In this document: one piece after another, positions 38,809 through 49,650 of the stretch
Layout: every line of letters starts with the position of its first letter
How positions within the stretch are numbered: position 1 is the stretch's first letter
Source: an uncultured virus (IMG/VR IMGVR_UViG_3300028840_003539)
Taxonomy: Duplodnaviria; Heunggongvirae; Uroviricota; Caudoviricetes
IMG/VR virus record: IMGVR_UViG_3300028840_003539
Length of the DNA stretch: 64,000 nt
Direction: 5' to 3' (one strand)
The notes under the pieces: model-generated
What the model was told of the DNA's origin: nothing
The model's input: the letters and a program-made list of their open reading frames with translations, nothing else
Databases searched by the model: none
Program-made: the position numbers and the translations under genes

Positions 38809-40417
38809 CAGTTCCCCGTCGCCTTGGCGTTCTCGGTCGCCCAGACGTTGCCCTGGGCGTAGGCACGCACTGCGGCGCGATGGTCGCGCGTGCGCTGGTA
38901 GACTTCCTTGTAGGCGGCATCGCGGCTGTGCTTGCTCGTAGGCTCGCTGCGCTTGTCCTTCTGTGTGCTCTTCACGTCAGCACTCCCTTCTCGCGCAGCC
39001 AGGCCTCGGCCGCCTCGCGGCATTCGATGAGTACAGGCTTGACGACGTCTCGGAAGTCGGGGCCTAGTTCGTCGAGTATTCGGTGGCCGTTGACGGCGTG
39101 TCGTTGGTTGCTGCTAACGTGTTTGTTCGCCTCCCAGCAGACGACGCCATCGACCGGGCGCCACACTCTAGCCAGGAGTCGGCCGGTGCCGTCGAGTAGC
39201 GCGCCACCTTGGTAGTCTGACCAGGTCCAGGGCATGACGAGTTGCTGCTGTGCTTCTTCGAACAGACGCTGTGCGACACGCGGGTCGAAGCACGCGGCGA
39301 TCTCCGTCAAGATGTCAAGCTGCTCGCGGTAGAACTTGAGCCTTGCGACCTCGCGTCGGCGCTCGTTGACCACCGGGCGGTAGAAAACCTCCAGCGCCTT
39401 GGCCATGGTCGGTCCCGTGCCCACCACGCCGGCCAACGCCGGGTAACGCTTGCGCGTGTTCTGGCTGGGGCGCGCCTTCCAGCCGCCTTCACCAGCTCGG
39501 TTCAGTTCGATTAGACCGACTGACCGTTGTAGTAGATGTTGTTGCACCAGCCGCCGCACGCGTCCTTGTAGACGGACGTGGCGATCTCGGCGCCGTCCAC
39601 CGTTACTTTGATGTCCATCTAAATCCTCCTTACAGAGGGAGGCTTCATGTGCGCTTCTCCGTCCACTCGCGTGGTAAGAAGCCACCCTGCTTGAGCCAGA
39701 AGTCCAACGCTTCGAAGTGCTCCGTCGCGCTCCAAACCAAGTCTTCGAGCGCGGCTTCGGGGTCGCGCAGCGCGTCCTGCTCGTGCATCAGGCGCAGCTC
39801 GTCGAGCGCTTCGCGGGTCTTGCTCAGCGCCTTGTCAGGGTCCATGTGGTCCTCCGTCGATTCGCGCCAGCTAGGCCCAGCGCGGCTTGTGTGTTTCGAG
39901 AAGTGGATAGTCGGGCGGCAGGTAGCCGTAGCTCGCGACGCGGCGTGCAGGTTCGCGTGCTTGAGCGTTGGCCGGCGCCCGGTAGGGAATGTAGTTGTGG
40001 GGGCAGTGTCGGCTGCCCCACCGGCTGTTGGTGTGCTTGACCAGCTGCAAGACCCGGCCGGCACGCGACACGTACCAGCCGGGTATCTTGCAGTCGATGG
40101 CGGGGATGCGGGCACGCCTCACGGCTACTTGCCCGCTTTGCTTCGCTTCGCAGCGTACTGCGAGCTGATCACGTTGGCGCAGGCTCTCTTGCCGATGATG
40201 AACAGCCCGCGGGCGAGGTAGACGGGCATCTGGACGAAGCCCTTCTTGCCGCCGATCTCGTAGCGGATCGTCGCGATGCCGTCGGAGGCGCCCTTCATCG
40301 CCCTGAACGCCTCCGCCTCCAACCACACACGCAACGACACCTTGCGGTTGCCCGTGTGCAGCATCAGGCTGATCGCTTCGGTGCTCACGTAACTCTTCAA
40401 CTGCTGCGTGGTGCCGT

Positions 40418-40897
40418 TCACTTCGCACCCCCCTTCGGGACCAGGTTGCCAAGCCCGATCCGCTTGAGGTGATCGCCGAGGGTCTTGCTGATGTAGGGGC
40501 CGAGCAGCCCGCGCTCGTAGTTGCTAAGCGAGGTGTAGCTGAGACCAGCCTGCTTGGCGAATGCTGCCTGGGACAGCTTCAGCTCAGCGCGACGCTTCCG
40601 CAACGCAGCGGAGATCGCCTGCGCCTGCGCCTTCGTGACCTTGCGCCACTTCGGCTGCGTGACGTAGTGCCGCTTGCGCTTGACTGCCTTGGGCGGCTCC
40701 GCGTCGACCTCGGTGATCATCGCGCCGCTGACCTCGACCGGCCGCAGCCGATACAGGATCGGCTTGCTGCCGCCGTTGCGCGCGAGCAGGTGCCCGTCAG
40801 CGACCAGGCGCTGCAGGGCGGGGCCGAGCAGTGCCGGGGGAAGCTCCGCGATGGCAGCTTGCGGCACGTCGACCAGATCACAGTTCAGTACCTTCAT
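40418..40897 (-). CDS. Protein with C-terminal XRE HTH
   Basis: LRKRRAELKLSQAAFAKQAGLSYTSLSNYERG. Confidence 0.75.
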   Translation of the reverse strand: MKVLNCDLVDVPQAAIAELPPALLGPALQRLVADGHLLARNGGSKPILYRLRPVEVSGAMITEVDAEPPKAVKRKRHYVTQPKWRKVTKAQAQAISAALRKRRAELKLSQAAFAKQAGLSYTSLSNYERGLLGPYISKTLGDHLKRIGLGNLVPKGGAK

Positions 40898-40940
40898 GTC
40901 AGTCCTCCATTGCCGGCTTTCTGCCCGTAGTGCCGGCATG

Positions 40941-40971
40941 AAAAAGCCCCCGACACTGCGTCGGAGGCTTC
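40941..40971 (-). terminator. Intrinsic terminator or attenuator in the leader of the HTH gene
   Basis: GAAGCCTCCGAC-GCAGT-GTCGGGGGCTTTTT. Confidence 0.65.
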
Positions 40972-41291
40972 AGTGGTTTTCAAACCACCGTGCGACAGGC
41001 AATCCGAGTCATCGATCGTTAGCTGTTAGCTATGCAAAGTCCAGTTACCGTCGCGGTGAAGCAATCCGCCTTCGTACCACCGTTCGCCGTCGCTGCGTGA
41101 AGCAGTCCAGTACCACAGATTTTCACTGGCCGGGAAGTCCGGGCCAAGCTCAACCGTGGTGCCGTCGGGGCCGAACGCGTCGAGGCGTTCGAGGTTTTCC
41201 AACAACGAGTCAACGCTGCTGGTCTTGGCTGCAGCCCTGATAAGCTGCAGCGTTACTCCGTCACGTACCTTCAACATGGTCGCCGCCTCCG

Positions 41292-42446
41292 CTACCCGTG
41301 AACCAACTCACCGGCGAAGCGCTGCAGGTCCAGCTTCCGGTCAGCGTCGACGCTTTCGCCGTTCGCCATCCAGCTGATGACGTTGGACAGCTTCCACCGG
41401 CTTCCCGGTCCACTCGCGCCGTGCGCCGCTTCGGGGGTCGCGTCGTCGAAGATGACCTCGGCCTTCTGCTGTTCGGCCTTGGTCAGCTTGCCCGCGACCA
41501 GCTTCTTTGCCTCGGCCCACGTCAACTTCTTGTCAGCCGCCGCCGCGGTCGCAGCGTTGAGCTTGAACAGCCGGTCGTCCGACAGGGCATCGGTGGTGAC
41601 GTCGCGGATCGCCGACGCGAAGGTCTCCGCGTCGAGATCGTAGGTGCGCTGCGTGAGTTGCAGGTCCGCCGGCAGCCGGCTGCCGAGGTGCACCTTGCGC
41701 AGCTCGTTCTGCAGCGTCGCAAGGTTGGTGCACCAGGGCTTGTACTCGAAGCAGGACACCTCGACGCCGCCGGCGCCGAAGTCCGAGTTTCGCAGCTCCA
41801 TGCCGTAGGCCACGACCTCATCCTTGATCGGCTGAAAGACCTTCGGCAGCAAGCAGCGCAGGCTCGCCCTGATGTCGCTGAACACGCCATCGACGGGCAC
41901 CAGGCCAACCTGCTTCGCCGCGTCGGCGAACGCCGCAAACAGCACGCGGCTGTCCAGCCGGCGGTAGCGGTCCGACAGCACGCCGCGCACCTCGTAGCGG
42001 TTGGCACCGTCCTGTCGCTGTCCGATCGCGACAGCCCGCAGTAGCATCCGGTCCATGTTGTGCTCGTACAGCTCGCGCAACGTGTGCTGCGCAAGCTCAG
42101 CCTGCCAGCCTTCGCTGCTGTCACACAGGTCGCCGACAAACTTGCTCGGCACACCCACGCGCTGACACAGCTGCTGCTGCGCGTGACGGTGGACACGGGA
42201 CGCGATGGCCGCGTCCTTGCCCAGCACCACGATCGACGGCGCGTCATCCTGCGGCACGACGTGAATCTGCTTGGACAGCTCCACGCCGGTCCTGATAACG
42301 TCCTTCGGCTGGTACTGCTCGACCTTCATCAAGGTCTCGACGGCGCGCTGCGCTCCGGCAGCCGTCTGCTCGGCGATCTTCTGCTCGAACCACGCCTTGG
42401 TCTCGGCGCAGGCGACGTCGTAATCCCTTCCATCGTGATGTAACAT
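41292..42446 (-). CDS. DUF932-like phage/plasmid protein
   Basis: RGVLSDRYRRLD, LRNSDFGAG, WCTNLA, RKVHLG and WKLSNVIS. Confidence 0.7.
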   Translation of the reverse strand: MLHHDGRDYDVACAETKAWFEQKIAEQTAAGAQRAVETLMKVEQYQPKDVIRTGVELSKQIHVVPQDDAPSIVVLGKDAAIASRVHRHAQQQLCQRVGVPSKFVGDLCDSSEGWQAELAQHTLRELYEHNMDRMLLRAVAIGQRQDGANRYEVRGVLSDRYRRLDSRVLFAAFADAAKQVGLVPVDGVFSDIRASLRCLLPKVFQPIKDEVVAYGMELRNSDFGAGGVEVSCFEYKPWCTNLATLQNELRKVHLGSRLPADLQLTQRTYDLDAETFASAIRDVTTDALSDDRLFKLNAATAAAADKKLTWAEAKKLVAGKLTKAEQQKAEVIFDDATPEAAHGASGPGSRWKLSNVISWMANGESVDADRKLDLQRFAGELVHG

Positions 42447-43336
42447 GTCTGTCCTCCTTTTGTCGGCTTTCTGTCCGTAGTGCCGACGTTGAAGGATTGC
42501 CTGTCACACCGGGGTTTGAAAAACCCGGTCGCTAGACTTCCCTGCCAGCTGCCCGAGAGACGGTTGTTTAGCCTTCGTTGTCCTGCTGTGGCAGGTCGGA
42601 GCCTGTCTCGGTCCACGTGCCGCAGTTTTCGCAGCGACCGCCGCGCACCTTGGGGTCGGCGCAGCACGCTTGCGTGGTCGGCCGCCATCGGCGCAGCTCG
42701 GCGCCGAAGACCAGGCCGGCGTGGTTGCGGCCGTTCTGCTCGATGTACCACTGGGGCGGGTTGTCGAAGAGCACGTGCACGCCGAGGTAGCCTTCAAAGA
42801 TTCGATAGCTCGTAACGCGGCCAGCACCGAGGCTGTTCATGATGACTTCAACCTCGTCGCCGATCGCCGGGGGCTCGCCGCTGCCGCTCCAGGCGCCTGC
42901 CTCGGCGCCGAGGCGGTAGATCGGCTGGCCCTTGTCGTTGTCCTTGCCCGTCCTGACAGGCTCGCGACGGCCCCTCACGGCCGCACCGTGAGCTGGGCGA
43001 CCTTCCGTCGCTTGGCGTAGCGGACCGTGACGGTCTTGACGCCTTCTTCGACGAGCTGGGGCCGATTGATCGGCTTGCCGTCCCACGGGGACGTCAGGTC
43101 GCAAAGGATGAAATCCTTGTTGGCGTCCAGGTCGGCTTGGGCTGCAGCCTTGTTACGGTAGTCTCGACCATAGGCGGGTATCAGGGTCATGTGGTCCTCC
43201 TGTCTTTGCCTTTCAGGCAGCCGACAGGGGAGTCTAGCTGTGACTCAGCCGGGCCTTTGTATTGCCCGCTGGGGCCTGCTATTCGATTGTCAAGGACCCT
43301 GCCTCCTGTCCCCCGGGCTTGCCCGAAGGATGGGCT

Positions 43337-43365
43337 AAAATACCATACCTGGACTCCGGTGTCAA
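43337..43365 (-). promoter_or_regulatory. Leftward promoter at the divergence point
   Basis: TTGACA-17 bp-TATTTT with TGn. Confidence 0.65.
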
Positions 43366-43776
43366 CGAATTATTTCTCAATGATATCGAAGACTTAGGAA
43401 GGATTTTCGGGGCCTTCGACGATCGTCCTTGGGGCCTTCTTTGTCGCTTAGGAGACCTTCGAGGCCTTCGAAGGGAGTCTAGCCCAGATAGACGGCCCCC
43501 GTCGAGAAAAGCTCTCGCTGGGGGCCTGTGCTGCTTGCTTGCTGGTCGTCGGCGGTAGGCCCGACGCACGTTCGGGGCCGACGTTGCGCTGGCCTTTGTA
43601 GCCGCACAAGCGCGCTGGTGTCAAGCAGAAATGCCACAAGATGTAGCGTGAGCGCGCCAGCACACCACAAGATGTTGTGGTTTGGAACACGAAAACGCTT
43701 GCGCGAGCGCGTGGCGCCATGCTTGAGTACCAGTGCGGCGCAGCCGCGAGGCACACGACAACAACAGGAGCAGCGG

Positions 43777-44349
43777 ATGGCGGATGACGACCTCGGTTCG
43801 CTCGGCGGCGGACTGGAAGACCCCGAAACGACACCCCCAGAAGGGCCCGTGAGCGCGCCCGTACTGCCACAACCCGTCAACCAGGCCACGATGGTGTGCC
43901 TGCGTGGCCCGTGCGTGCATCTGTGGCGCTTGCTGCTGCGCTTCGACTCTTCGGTGAAGGACGTCATGACCGAGCGCTGCTGGACTTGTCTGGCCAGTCC
44001 TTCCAAGGAGTTCGACCTCAACGATCGGCACGTCTACTTCTGCGACCGCTGGTGGCCGCGCGCGTCGTTGCACGACGACGACGGCAAGGTGCTGATCAAG
44101 GTGCACCCGATCGCCGCGCGTGGGCACCGCCTGACCAGGCGCCGCGCCGAAACCCGGCCCGAGTTGCATCACGCGTGGGAGCGCGCGCTCGTGAAGCTCG
44201 GCTACGACTTCTCCTGGCGCGACTTCGACGCCGAGGCGCTTGGCGTCGATGACAACCTCCACCAGCGCAAGTTCAACGCGCCGGGTGGGCTCGAAGCTGC
44301 ACGCGAGGCCGCGAAGCCTCGGGGCGCGGGCATACCGGAGGACGAATGA
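43777..44349 (+). CDS. Cys-containing hypothetical protein
   Basis: AGGAG RBS; first gene of the rightward arm. Confidence 0.6.
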   Translation: MADDDLGSLGGGLEDPETTPPEGPVSAPVLPQPVNQATMVCLRGPCVHLWRLLLRFDSSVKDVMTERCWTCLASPSKEFDLNDRHVYFCDRWWPRASLHDDDGKVLIKVHPIAARGHRLTRRRAETRPELHHAWERALVKLGYDFSWRDFDAEALGVDDNLHQRKFNAPGGLEAAREAAKPRGAGIPEDE

Positions 44350-44835
44350 AAGAGCCACTGACCCCGCCGCAGCTGCCCGCCCGCACCATGCTCGAACGGC
44401 TGCAGGAAGTCCGACCCAAAGCAACCCTGATCGACCTGGAGCAGGTGCTGCGCGCACAGCGCAAGCGCGACAAGCGGCGAAAGTGCGCCGCTGCCGTGCG
44501 CTACCTTGACCACGCGATAGCGGCAGTCCACAGCGAGCAGGCCATGATTCAAGCGCGGCGGGCTGCGCTACCACGCCTGCAGCCCTGGCACGAGCACTAC
44601 AAAGGAGGCACGCGGCGATGACCAAGAAGGAAATTCGCACCCTCATTTCAGGGCACCTCGGTGCCCTGGTGTCGGCCGCCGGCAACATGCAAGACGTCCG
44701 CGCTGCGTTCGACGAGATCGCGGAGCAGGGTGACATGTTCTGGGCAGCGATGGCGATGCTGTGCAGCAGCGAGACCACGGACGCGATCGGCCACGCCGCA
44801 GTAGCGGACGCGATCAAGAAGGAAGGAGGCCTGCA

Positions 44836-45399
44836 ATGAACGAACTACCGAAGCATCTGAAGTACAACCCAGCGCCGGAGATCGTGCGCGCGCACGAGCA
44901 GTGGCAGTCAGCGCTTCGGCAGACGGTGTCGCAGCTTCAGTCGATGGGGCACGTCCGCGCGCCCGAGGCGATCAGCAACACGGTCATACCGTTGTTCGTG
45001 CATCTCGACGGGCTGTTCACGCTGCTGCAGGCTGACGTGGCCGCCTACGCCGAGCAGGTCATGGCGCTGTCGCAAGACGCCAGCTCCGACACGCAGGTGC
45101 TTGTCGGCCTGCATCCGCAGGATGCTGAAGCACTGGCCGACCTGACTGACCAGATCTATGCCAGCGTCGAGAAGGTGCGCAAGGGACTCAAGAAAGACTC
45201 CCCGCCGCACGAGCAGCTCGCCGGCGTGCTGCAGATGGTCGGTGACCTACAAGAGGCGATCATGAGCGCCTCGCTCGAAGAGGACGAGGTTCCAGCGGAC
45301 GAAGACGAAGACGTCCCGCCTGGCGAGGAGGTGCCGGCGCCGTCATCGGACGCGCCCGATGATGACCTGTCGGACACGCCGCTGCAGATCACCGGCTGA
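44836..45399 (+). CDS. Helical protein with acidic tail
   Basis: GGAGG RBS; ATGA coupling. Confidence 0.6.
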   Translation: MNELPKHLKYNPAPEIVRAHEQWQSALRQTVSQLQSMGHVRAPEAISNTVIPLFVHLDGLFTLLQADVAAYAEQVMALSQDASSDTQVLVGLHPQDAEALADLTDQIYASVEKVRKGLKKDSPPHEQLAGVLQMVGDLQEAIMSASLEEDEVPADEDEDVPPGEEVPAPSSDAPDDDLSDTPLQITG

Positions 45400-45410
45400 C
45401 GGAGGACAAG

Positions 45411-47357
45411 ATGTCAACGCAAGAGCCCCAAGCGCCGGCCGAGACGCCGGTCGAGACACCACAGGTCCCTGACTTCGACGAAGCGGCCGAGGCGGAAGCC
45501 AGCATCGAGGAGGCAGAGAAGCCACGTCCGACCCGGCGCAAGAAGACGCGGACGGGGCGTCGCGAAGACCCTGAGCTGACCGCGCGTCGGCAGGCCGCCT
45601 ACGAAGCAGGCGAGCGCAGCAAGGACAAGGAATACGACGAGTGGATCGAGCAGTGGGACTGGAACCAGCCGCGGATGTACTGCACGCTCAAACGAACATC
45701 TCCGCATCTGCACCTCGGCAAGCAGGTTGGTGGCCGGCTGGACGGCAAGCCCAACGGCTACTTCACCGAAGAAGAAATCCAGCAGCGCTTCGGCGGCGGC
45801 ACGTTCGTGGTCTACGTCTCGGGCATTGACCAGCGCACCGGAAAGTTCCGTGCGCTTGGCAACAAGCAGGTCGTCATCGGTGCCGAGCCAAGAATCGACG
45901 CACCGCCACAACAGGTGGTCGATGCTGGCACCGGCGCGCCACCGCAAGGAGGTATGGGCGTGTCAGACCTAGCACCGCAGGCGCAGAGCAGCCTTGTTGG
46001 CCTGCTCGGCGACACGATCAAGCACAGCCGCGAATCGGCTGGCAGTCACGGGCCGGTCGTCGACCCCGAGCTGCTCGACAAGATGCAGCTCGCCTACGAG
46101 CAGAAGTCCGCAGCCATCGCGAAGGCCGCTGACGACCGCATCTCAGACTTCCAGCAGCAGCTCAACGTCCTACGCATGGAGAACGAGAAGCTCCGCGCGG
46201 AGAACCACGGCTTCCAGTCGAAGATCGACGTTGAGGTCGGCAACGCGCGGTCAGAGAGCGAGCGCTTCGTCGGTCAGATGTTACCGACGTTCGCCCAGCA
46301 AGCTGACGCGCGGGTGCAGCAGATCCTCCACGACACCAGTGAGAGAGTCCGCAACATTCAGGAGCAGTACGCACGCGACCTGCAGAACCAGCAAGCGCAC
46401 TTCCAGCAGCAGCTCCAGAACCAGCAGACGTTGTTCCAAGCAGCCGAGAACAACGCGCAGACGCTCTTTCAGGGGCAGATTCAACACCTGCAGACCATCA
46501 ACGCGGCGTTGCAGGCGAAGATCGACGCGCTGGAGGGCGAATGCCGTGCGCTCCGCGACCAGGTGCTCAACATGCATCAGGAAGCCGCACGCAAGCAGGA
46601 CCCGATGGCTCGGCTGCAGGAGATGCAGACGTTTCAGGAAGTCATCCAGGGCATGGCGGGCAGGGGCGGGGGAGATGACGACCTCGGCGAGGACGCGAGC
46701 CCCGCGCTGAAGCTCGCAGCCCGGTTCGCGCCAGCCATCGCGGGCGCCATCGACGTCGCCAAGGCGAGGATGGGCATCGGAGACGCGCCTCAGATGCCGC
46801 CGCAGCAGATGCCGCAGCAGATGCCGCCGCAGATGCACGCGCCGCGCGTGCTGCCACCGCAAGCTGTGCCGCGTGTCGCGGCACCGTCACCAGGTGCGCT
46901 AGTCAAAGCGCCAACGCCGGCGATGGCACCAGGGCAGAAGCAGCAGGCGCCGCCGGTCCGACGCGCGCGCATCCCGCGCAAGGACGCCCAGGTACGCAAG
47001 CAAGACCTGGTCGCGGGCATCACGTTGCTCAACGCAGCCATCGCGGCGGGCACGGACCCTCAAACAGCCGCCGACACGGCGGCGGGGCAGATCGATCGCA
47101 ACACGCTCAACGCGCTGTGCGCACGTCGGCCCGAAGTCGTGATTCAGTCGCTGCAGGCGGCCGGGATACTTCAGGGCGCCGTGGCGTCGGAGCCTGGGCA
47201 GCAATACCTGGCGGTGTTCCTGCAGGCGTTATCGAAGCGGTTGAACCCGGCCCCGCCAGCGGCGCCGTCCACGACGCCGGCACCGGAGGAGTCGTCGAAG
47301 GCTGCCGAGCCGGCTGACGACGTGCTGCGCGAGGAGCCAGCCGATGGAGAAGCGTAA
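45411..47357 (+). CDS. Large Gln-rich coiled-coil protein
   Basis: 648 aa, long heptad region, QMPPQ repeats. Confidence 0.7.
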   Translation: MSTQEPQAPAETPVETPQVPDFDEAAEAEASIEEAEKPRPTRRKKTRTGRREDPELTARRQAAYEAGERSKDKEYDEWIEQWDWNQPRMYCTLKRTSPHLHLGKQVGGRLDGKPNGYFTEEEIQQRFGGGTFVVYVSGIDQRTGKFRALGNKQVVIGAEPRIDAPPQQVVDAGTGAPPQGGMGVSDLAPQAQSSLVGLLGDTIKHSRESAGSHGPVVDPELLDKMQLAYEQKSAAIAKAADDRISDFQQQLNVLRMENEKLRAENHGFQSKIDVEVGNARSESERFVGQMLPTFAQQADARVQQILHDTSERVRNIQEQYARDLQNQQAHFQQQLQNQQTLFQAAENNAQTLFQGQIQHLQTINAALQAKIDALEGECRALRDQVLNMHQEAARKQDPMARLQEMQTFQEVIQGMAGRGGGDDDLGEDASPALKLAARFAPAIAGAIDVAKARMGIGDAPQMPPQQMPQQMPPQMHAPRVLPPQAVPRVAAPSPGALVKAPTPAMAPGQKQQAPPVRRARIPRKDAQVRKQDLVAGITLLNAAIAAGTDPQTAADTAAGQIDRNTLNALCARRPEVVIQSLQAAGILQGAVASEPGQQYLAVFLQALSKRLNPAPPAAPSTTPAPEESSKAAEPADDVLREEPADGEA

Positions 47358-48609
47358 CCGCTACATCAACCGGCTGTTCATAGCGCGCGAGGCGCCACCG
47401 ATCAAGTTAGTCTACCAGGACGGGCGCGAGGAGCTATTCGCCGGGCCGTTGCCACAACTGATTGACCGGTTGAAGATCGAGATGGTCTTCGACGGCGCCA
47501 AGTTCCCGTGGACGTCGCCAGCCGGGCATCGAGACCACGCGCGAGAGCCTGGCTTCTTCATCGAGCCGCGCATCCAGTTCGGTTCCTACGCGCCGGTCGG
47601 CTTCATCACAGTCTTCACTAAGACGTCCAAGATGCGCTGCCCGAGCTTCTCGTTGCCCGTTGGACCATCGGACATGGGCGGCACGTGCCTGGTGGCGGGG
47701 CAGCGTGCCCTGGTCGAAGACGACGACCTGTTCATCTGCCACGGCTGCTACGCGAGCGACGGCAACTATCGTATGTCCAGCACCCAGCTGACAGCAGGTG
47801 TTCGGCGCATCGTGGTGATCCGCGCCCTGAAGCGCGGCAGCTTCGTCGACGCGATGGTCGAAGCAATCAGAGCCTACCGAGCCAAGCCGCGCCACGACGA
47901 CCTCAAAGCCAAGGTCGATGGCAAGTCACGCAAGGTCGGAACCTACCAGCTCGACACCCACTACGTCCGCATCCACGACGCAGGCGACGTGCTGTGGCAG
48001 CCTGGCTACCGCGAGGCGTGGACAGACATCGCCAGCCGGGTGCGCGACGTTCTCTTCTGGATGCCTACACGCGACTGGGCACTCGGTCGCAACGCAATTC
48101 GAAGACTGACTAGCACGCGAGCTAACCTCGTGGTACGACCGTCAGCTCTGCACGTTGGCGATCCGGCGCCCGAGGTGGAAGGACTCGATGCTGGCACGTC
48201 GGTCGCCTTCGACGCAGTCGAGCAAGGGCTTGCTGAAGTCAACTGCCCAGCCTACGACCAGAAGAAGGACAAGAGCTGCCAGACTGCACGGTGTCGAAGA
48301 TGTTGGACGCAACCGACCAAGACGATCAACTACGAGCCCCACGGCAGGGAGATGACGCGCAAGAAGCTCGCGGCTGCTATCGCGCGGCGCAATCCTCCAG
48401 CGTCGTTGGAGGACATCTACGACGCGTACCTCGGGGACCCGACGTCGAACCCAGCGGACGACACTGGCTTCGAAGTCTGGATGGCACGCAACGACCTCTA
48501 CGCGGCGGACTGGAGCCAGGCGGAGTGGTGGAGCCTGCTGCACGAGATAGGGCTTGACGGCGACGAGACAGCTGAGTACCTTGAGAACACCGCAGAGTGG
48601 CGGCCATAG
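47344..48609 (+). CDS. GP88-like Cys-rich (radical-SAM-related) protein
   Basis: TSKMRCPSFSLP, CHGCYA, RIHDAGD, FWMPTR and CPA...C...CRRCW. Confidence 0.7.
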   Translation: MEKRNRYINRLFIAREAPPIKLVYQDGREELFAGPLPQLIDRLKIEMVFDGAKFPWTSPAGHRDHAREPGFFIEPRIQFGSYAPVGFITVFTKTSKMRCPSFSLPVGPSDMGGTCLVAGQRALVEDDDLFICHGCYASDGNYRMSSTQLTAGVRRIVVIRALKRGSFVDAMVEAIRAYRAKPRHDDLKAKVDGKSRKVGTYQLDTHYVRIHDAGDVLWQPGYREAWTDIASRVRDVLFWMPTRDWALGRNAIRRLTSTRANLVVRPSALHVGDPAPEVEGLDAGTSVAFDAVEQGLAEVNCPAYDQKKDKSCQTARCRRCWTQPTKTINYEPHGREMTRKKLAAAIARRNPPASLEDIYDAYLGDPTSNPADDTGFEVWMARNDLYAADWSQAEWWSLLHEIGLDGDETAEYLENTAEWRP

Positions 48610-48691
48610 CCCCGTGGCCGCCCAGGCAAGCAGAGCAGGACGAAGACGTCACCTCGCCGATCCCGGTTGTGGGTGACGTCTATCTAAGTTG

Positions 48692-48720
48692 TTGACACTC
48701 CAAGATCGCTCGGGTAGCCT
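48692..48720 (+). promoter_or_regulatory. Promoter candidate for the putative virion operon
   Basis: TTGACA-17 bp-TAGCCT. Confidence 0.55.
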
Positions 48721-48772
48721 TCTTACTGTCCACCCCTGATATGCGCGCGCGGAACTGCTTGGAGAGCCTGCG

Positions 48773-49303
48773 ATGCTAGGCACTTACGCGCGTCCTTCGT
48801 GGCATTTGCCAGCGCCAACGCCTGAGCAGACTCTGCATTGGATGGCGAAGTTCATCCGACAGGGGCAGTACGACCACCGGCTTCGTGAGTTCGCAGAGCG
48901 CGAGATCGTCAGCGAGCTGTTCCCGCACGACTACCTGAGCGAGTACGCGGCGATCCTCAACTGGGTCCGCAGCAACATCAGGTACGTGCGGGACCCTCGC
49001 ACGGTCGAGCAGGTCAAGACCGCCGCCGTCGTGCTGGAAACGCGAACGGGGGACTGCGACGACATGTCGGTCTTGATCGGCGCGCTGGTGGGTCTCGTCG
49101 GCGGCCAGGTTCGCCTGGTCGCTGGCGGGCTCCCCAACGCACCACGCACGGCTTCCGGCCGGCCTGTCTTGTCACATGTCTGGCTGGAGGCCTACGACCC
49201 GACGAGCAGGTCGTGGGTGGTGCTCGACCCGGTGCCGGGCCGCAAGGTTCATCAGATGCTCGGTCGGATGACGAACCGGCTGACACTGGAGGTGCTCTCG
49301 TGA
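48773..49303 (+). CDS. Transglutaminase-like cysteine protease-fold protein
   Basis: IRYVRDP, GDCDD (Cys), SHVWLE (His) and WVVLDP (Asp). Confidence 0.85.
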   Translation: MLGTYARPSWHLPAPTPEQTLHWMAKFIRQGQYDHRLREFAEREIVSELFPHDYLSEYAAILNWVRSNIRYVRDPRTVEQVKTAAVVLETRTGDCDDMSVLIGALVGLVGGQVRLVAGGLPNAPRTASGRPVLSHVWLEAYDPTSRSWVVLDPVPGRKVHQMLGRMTNRLTLEVLS

Positions 49304-49647
49304 CCTGGAAGATCGACTCGACGACGGTGATCACCGCGGCGAACCAGGCGACGGAAGGTCGCATCAGGCTGCATCCAGGCGCCTGTGCCGACCTACGCGC
49401 GCTGCTGATGAAGACAACGGACCCCGACGAGTTCTTGCTGCCAGTCGGCTGGTCTCTCATCGTCGCCTACGACGAGGCGACCGACAAGATCGACTACTGG
49501 TACAAGTCGCCAACGGGGCAGCAGTGGACAGACCGCCAGTGCGGCACGGCTGCCGTTGAAGGCGTGTTTGGAGTAGGCGGCTGGCTGGTCGCAGCCGGCG
49601 TGCTCTTGGGAGGCTACCTCCTTTGGAAAAAGTACGGGAAGGAATAA
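49300..49647 (+). CDS. Small C-terminally anchored membrane protein
   Basis: TM helix followed by basic tail. Confidence 0.6.
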   Translation: MTWKIDSTTVITAANQATEGRIRLHPGACADLRALLMKTTDPDEFLLPVGWSLIVAYDEATDKIDYWYKSPTGQQWTDRQCGTAAVEGVFGVGGWLVAAGVLLGGYLLWKKYGKE

Positions 49648-49650
49648 CCG

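Noticed and set aside
46790..46835. CAGATGCCG(C)CAG repeats
   Set aside because: In-frame QMPPQ linker repeats.
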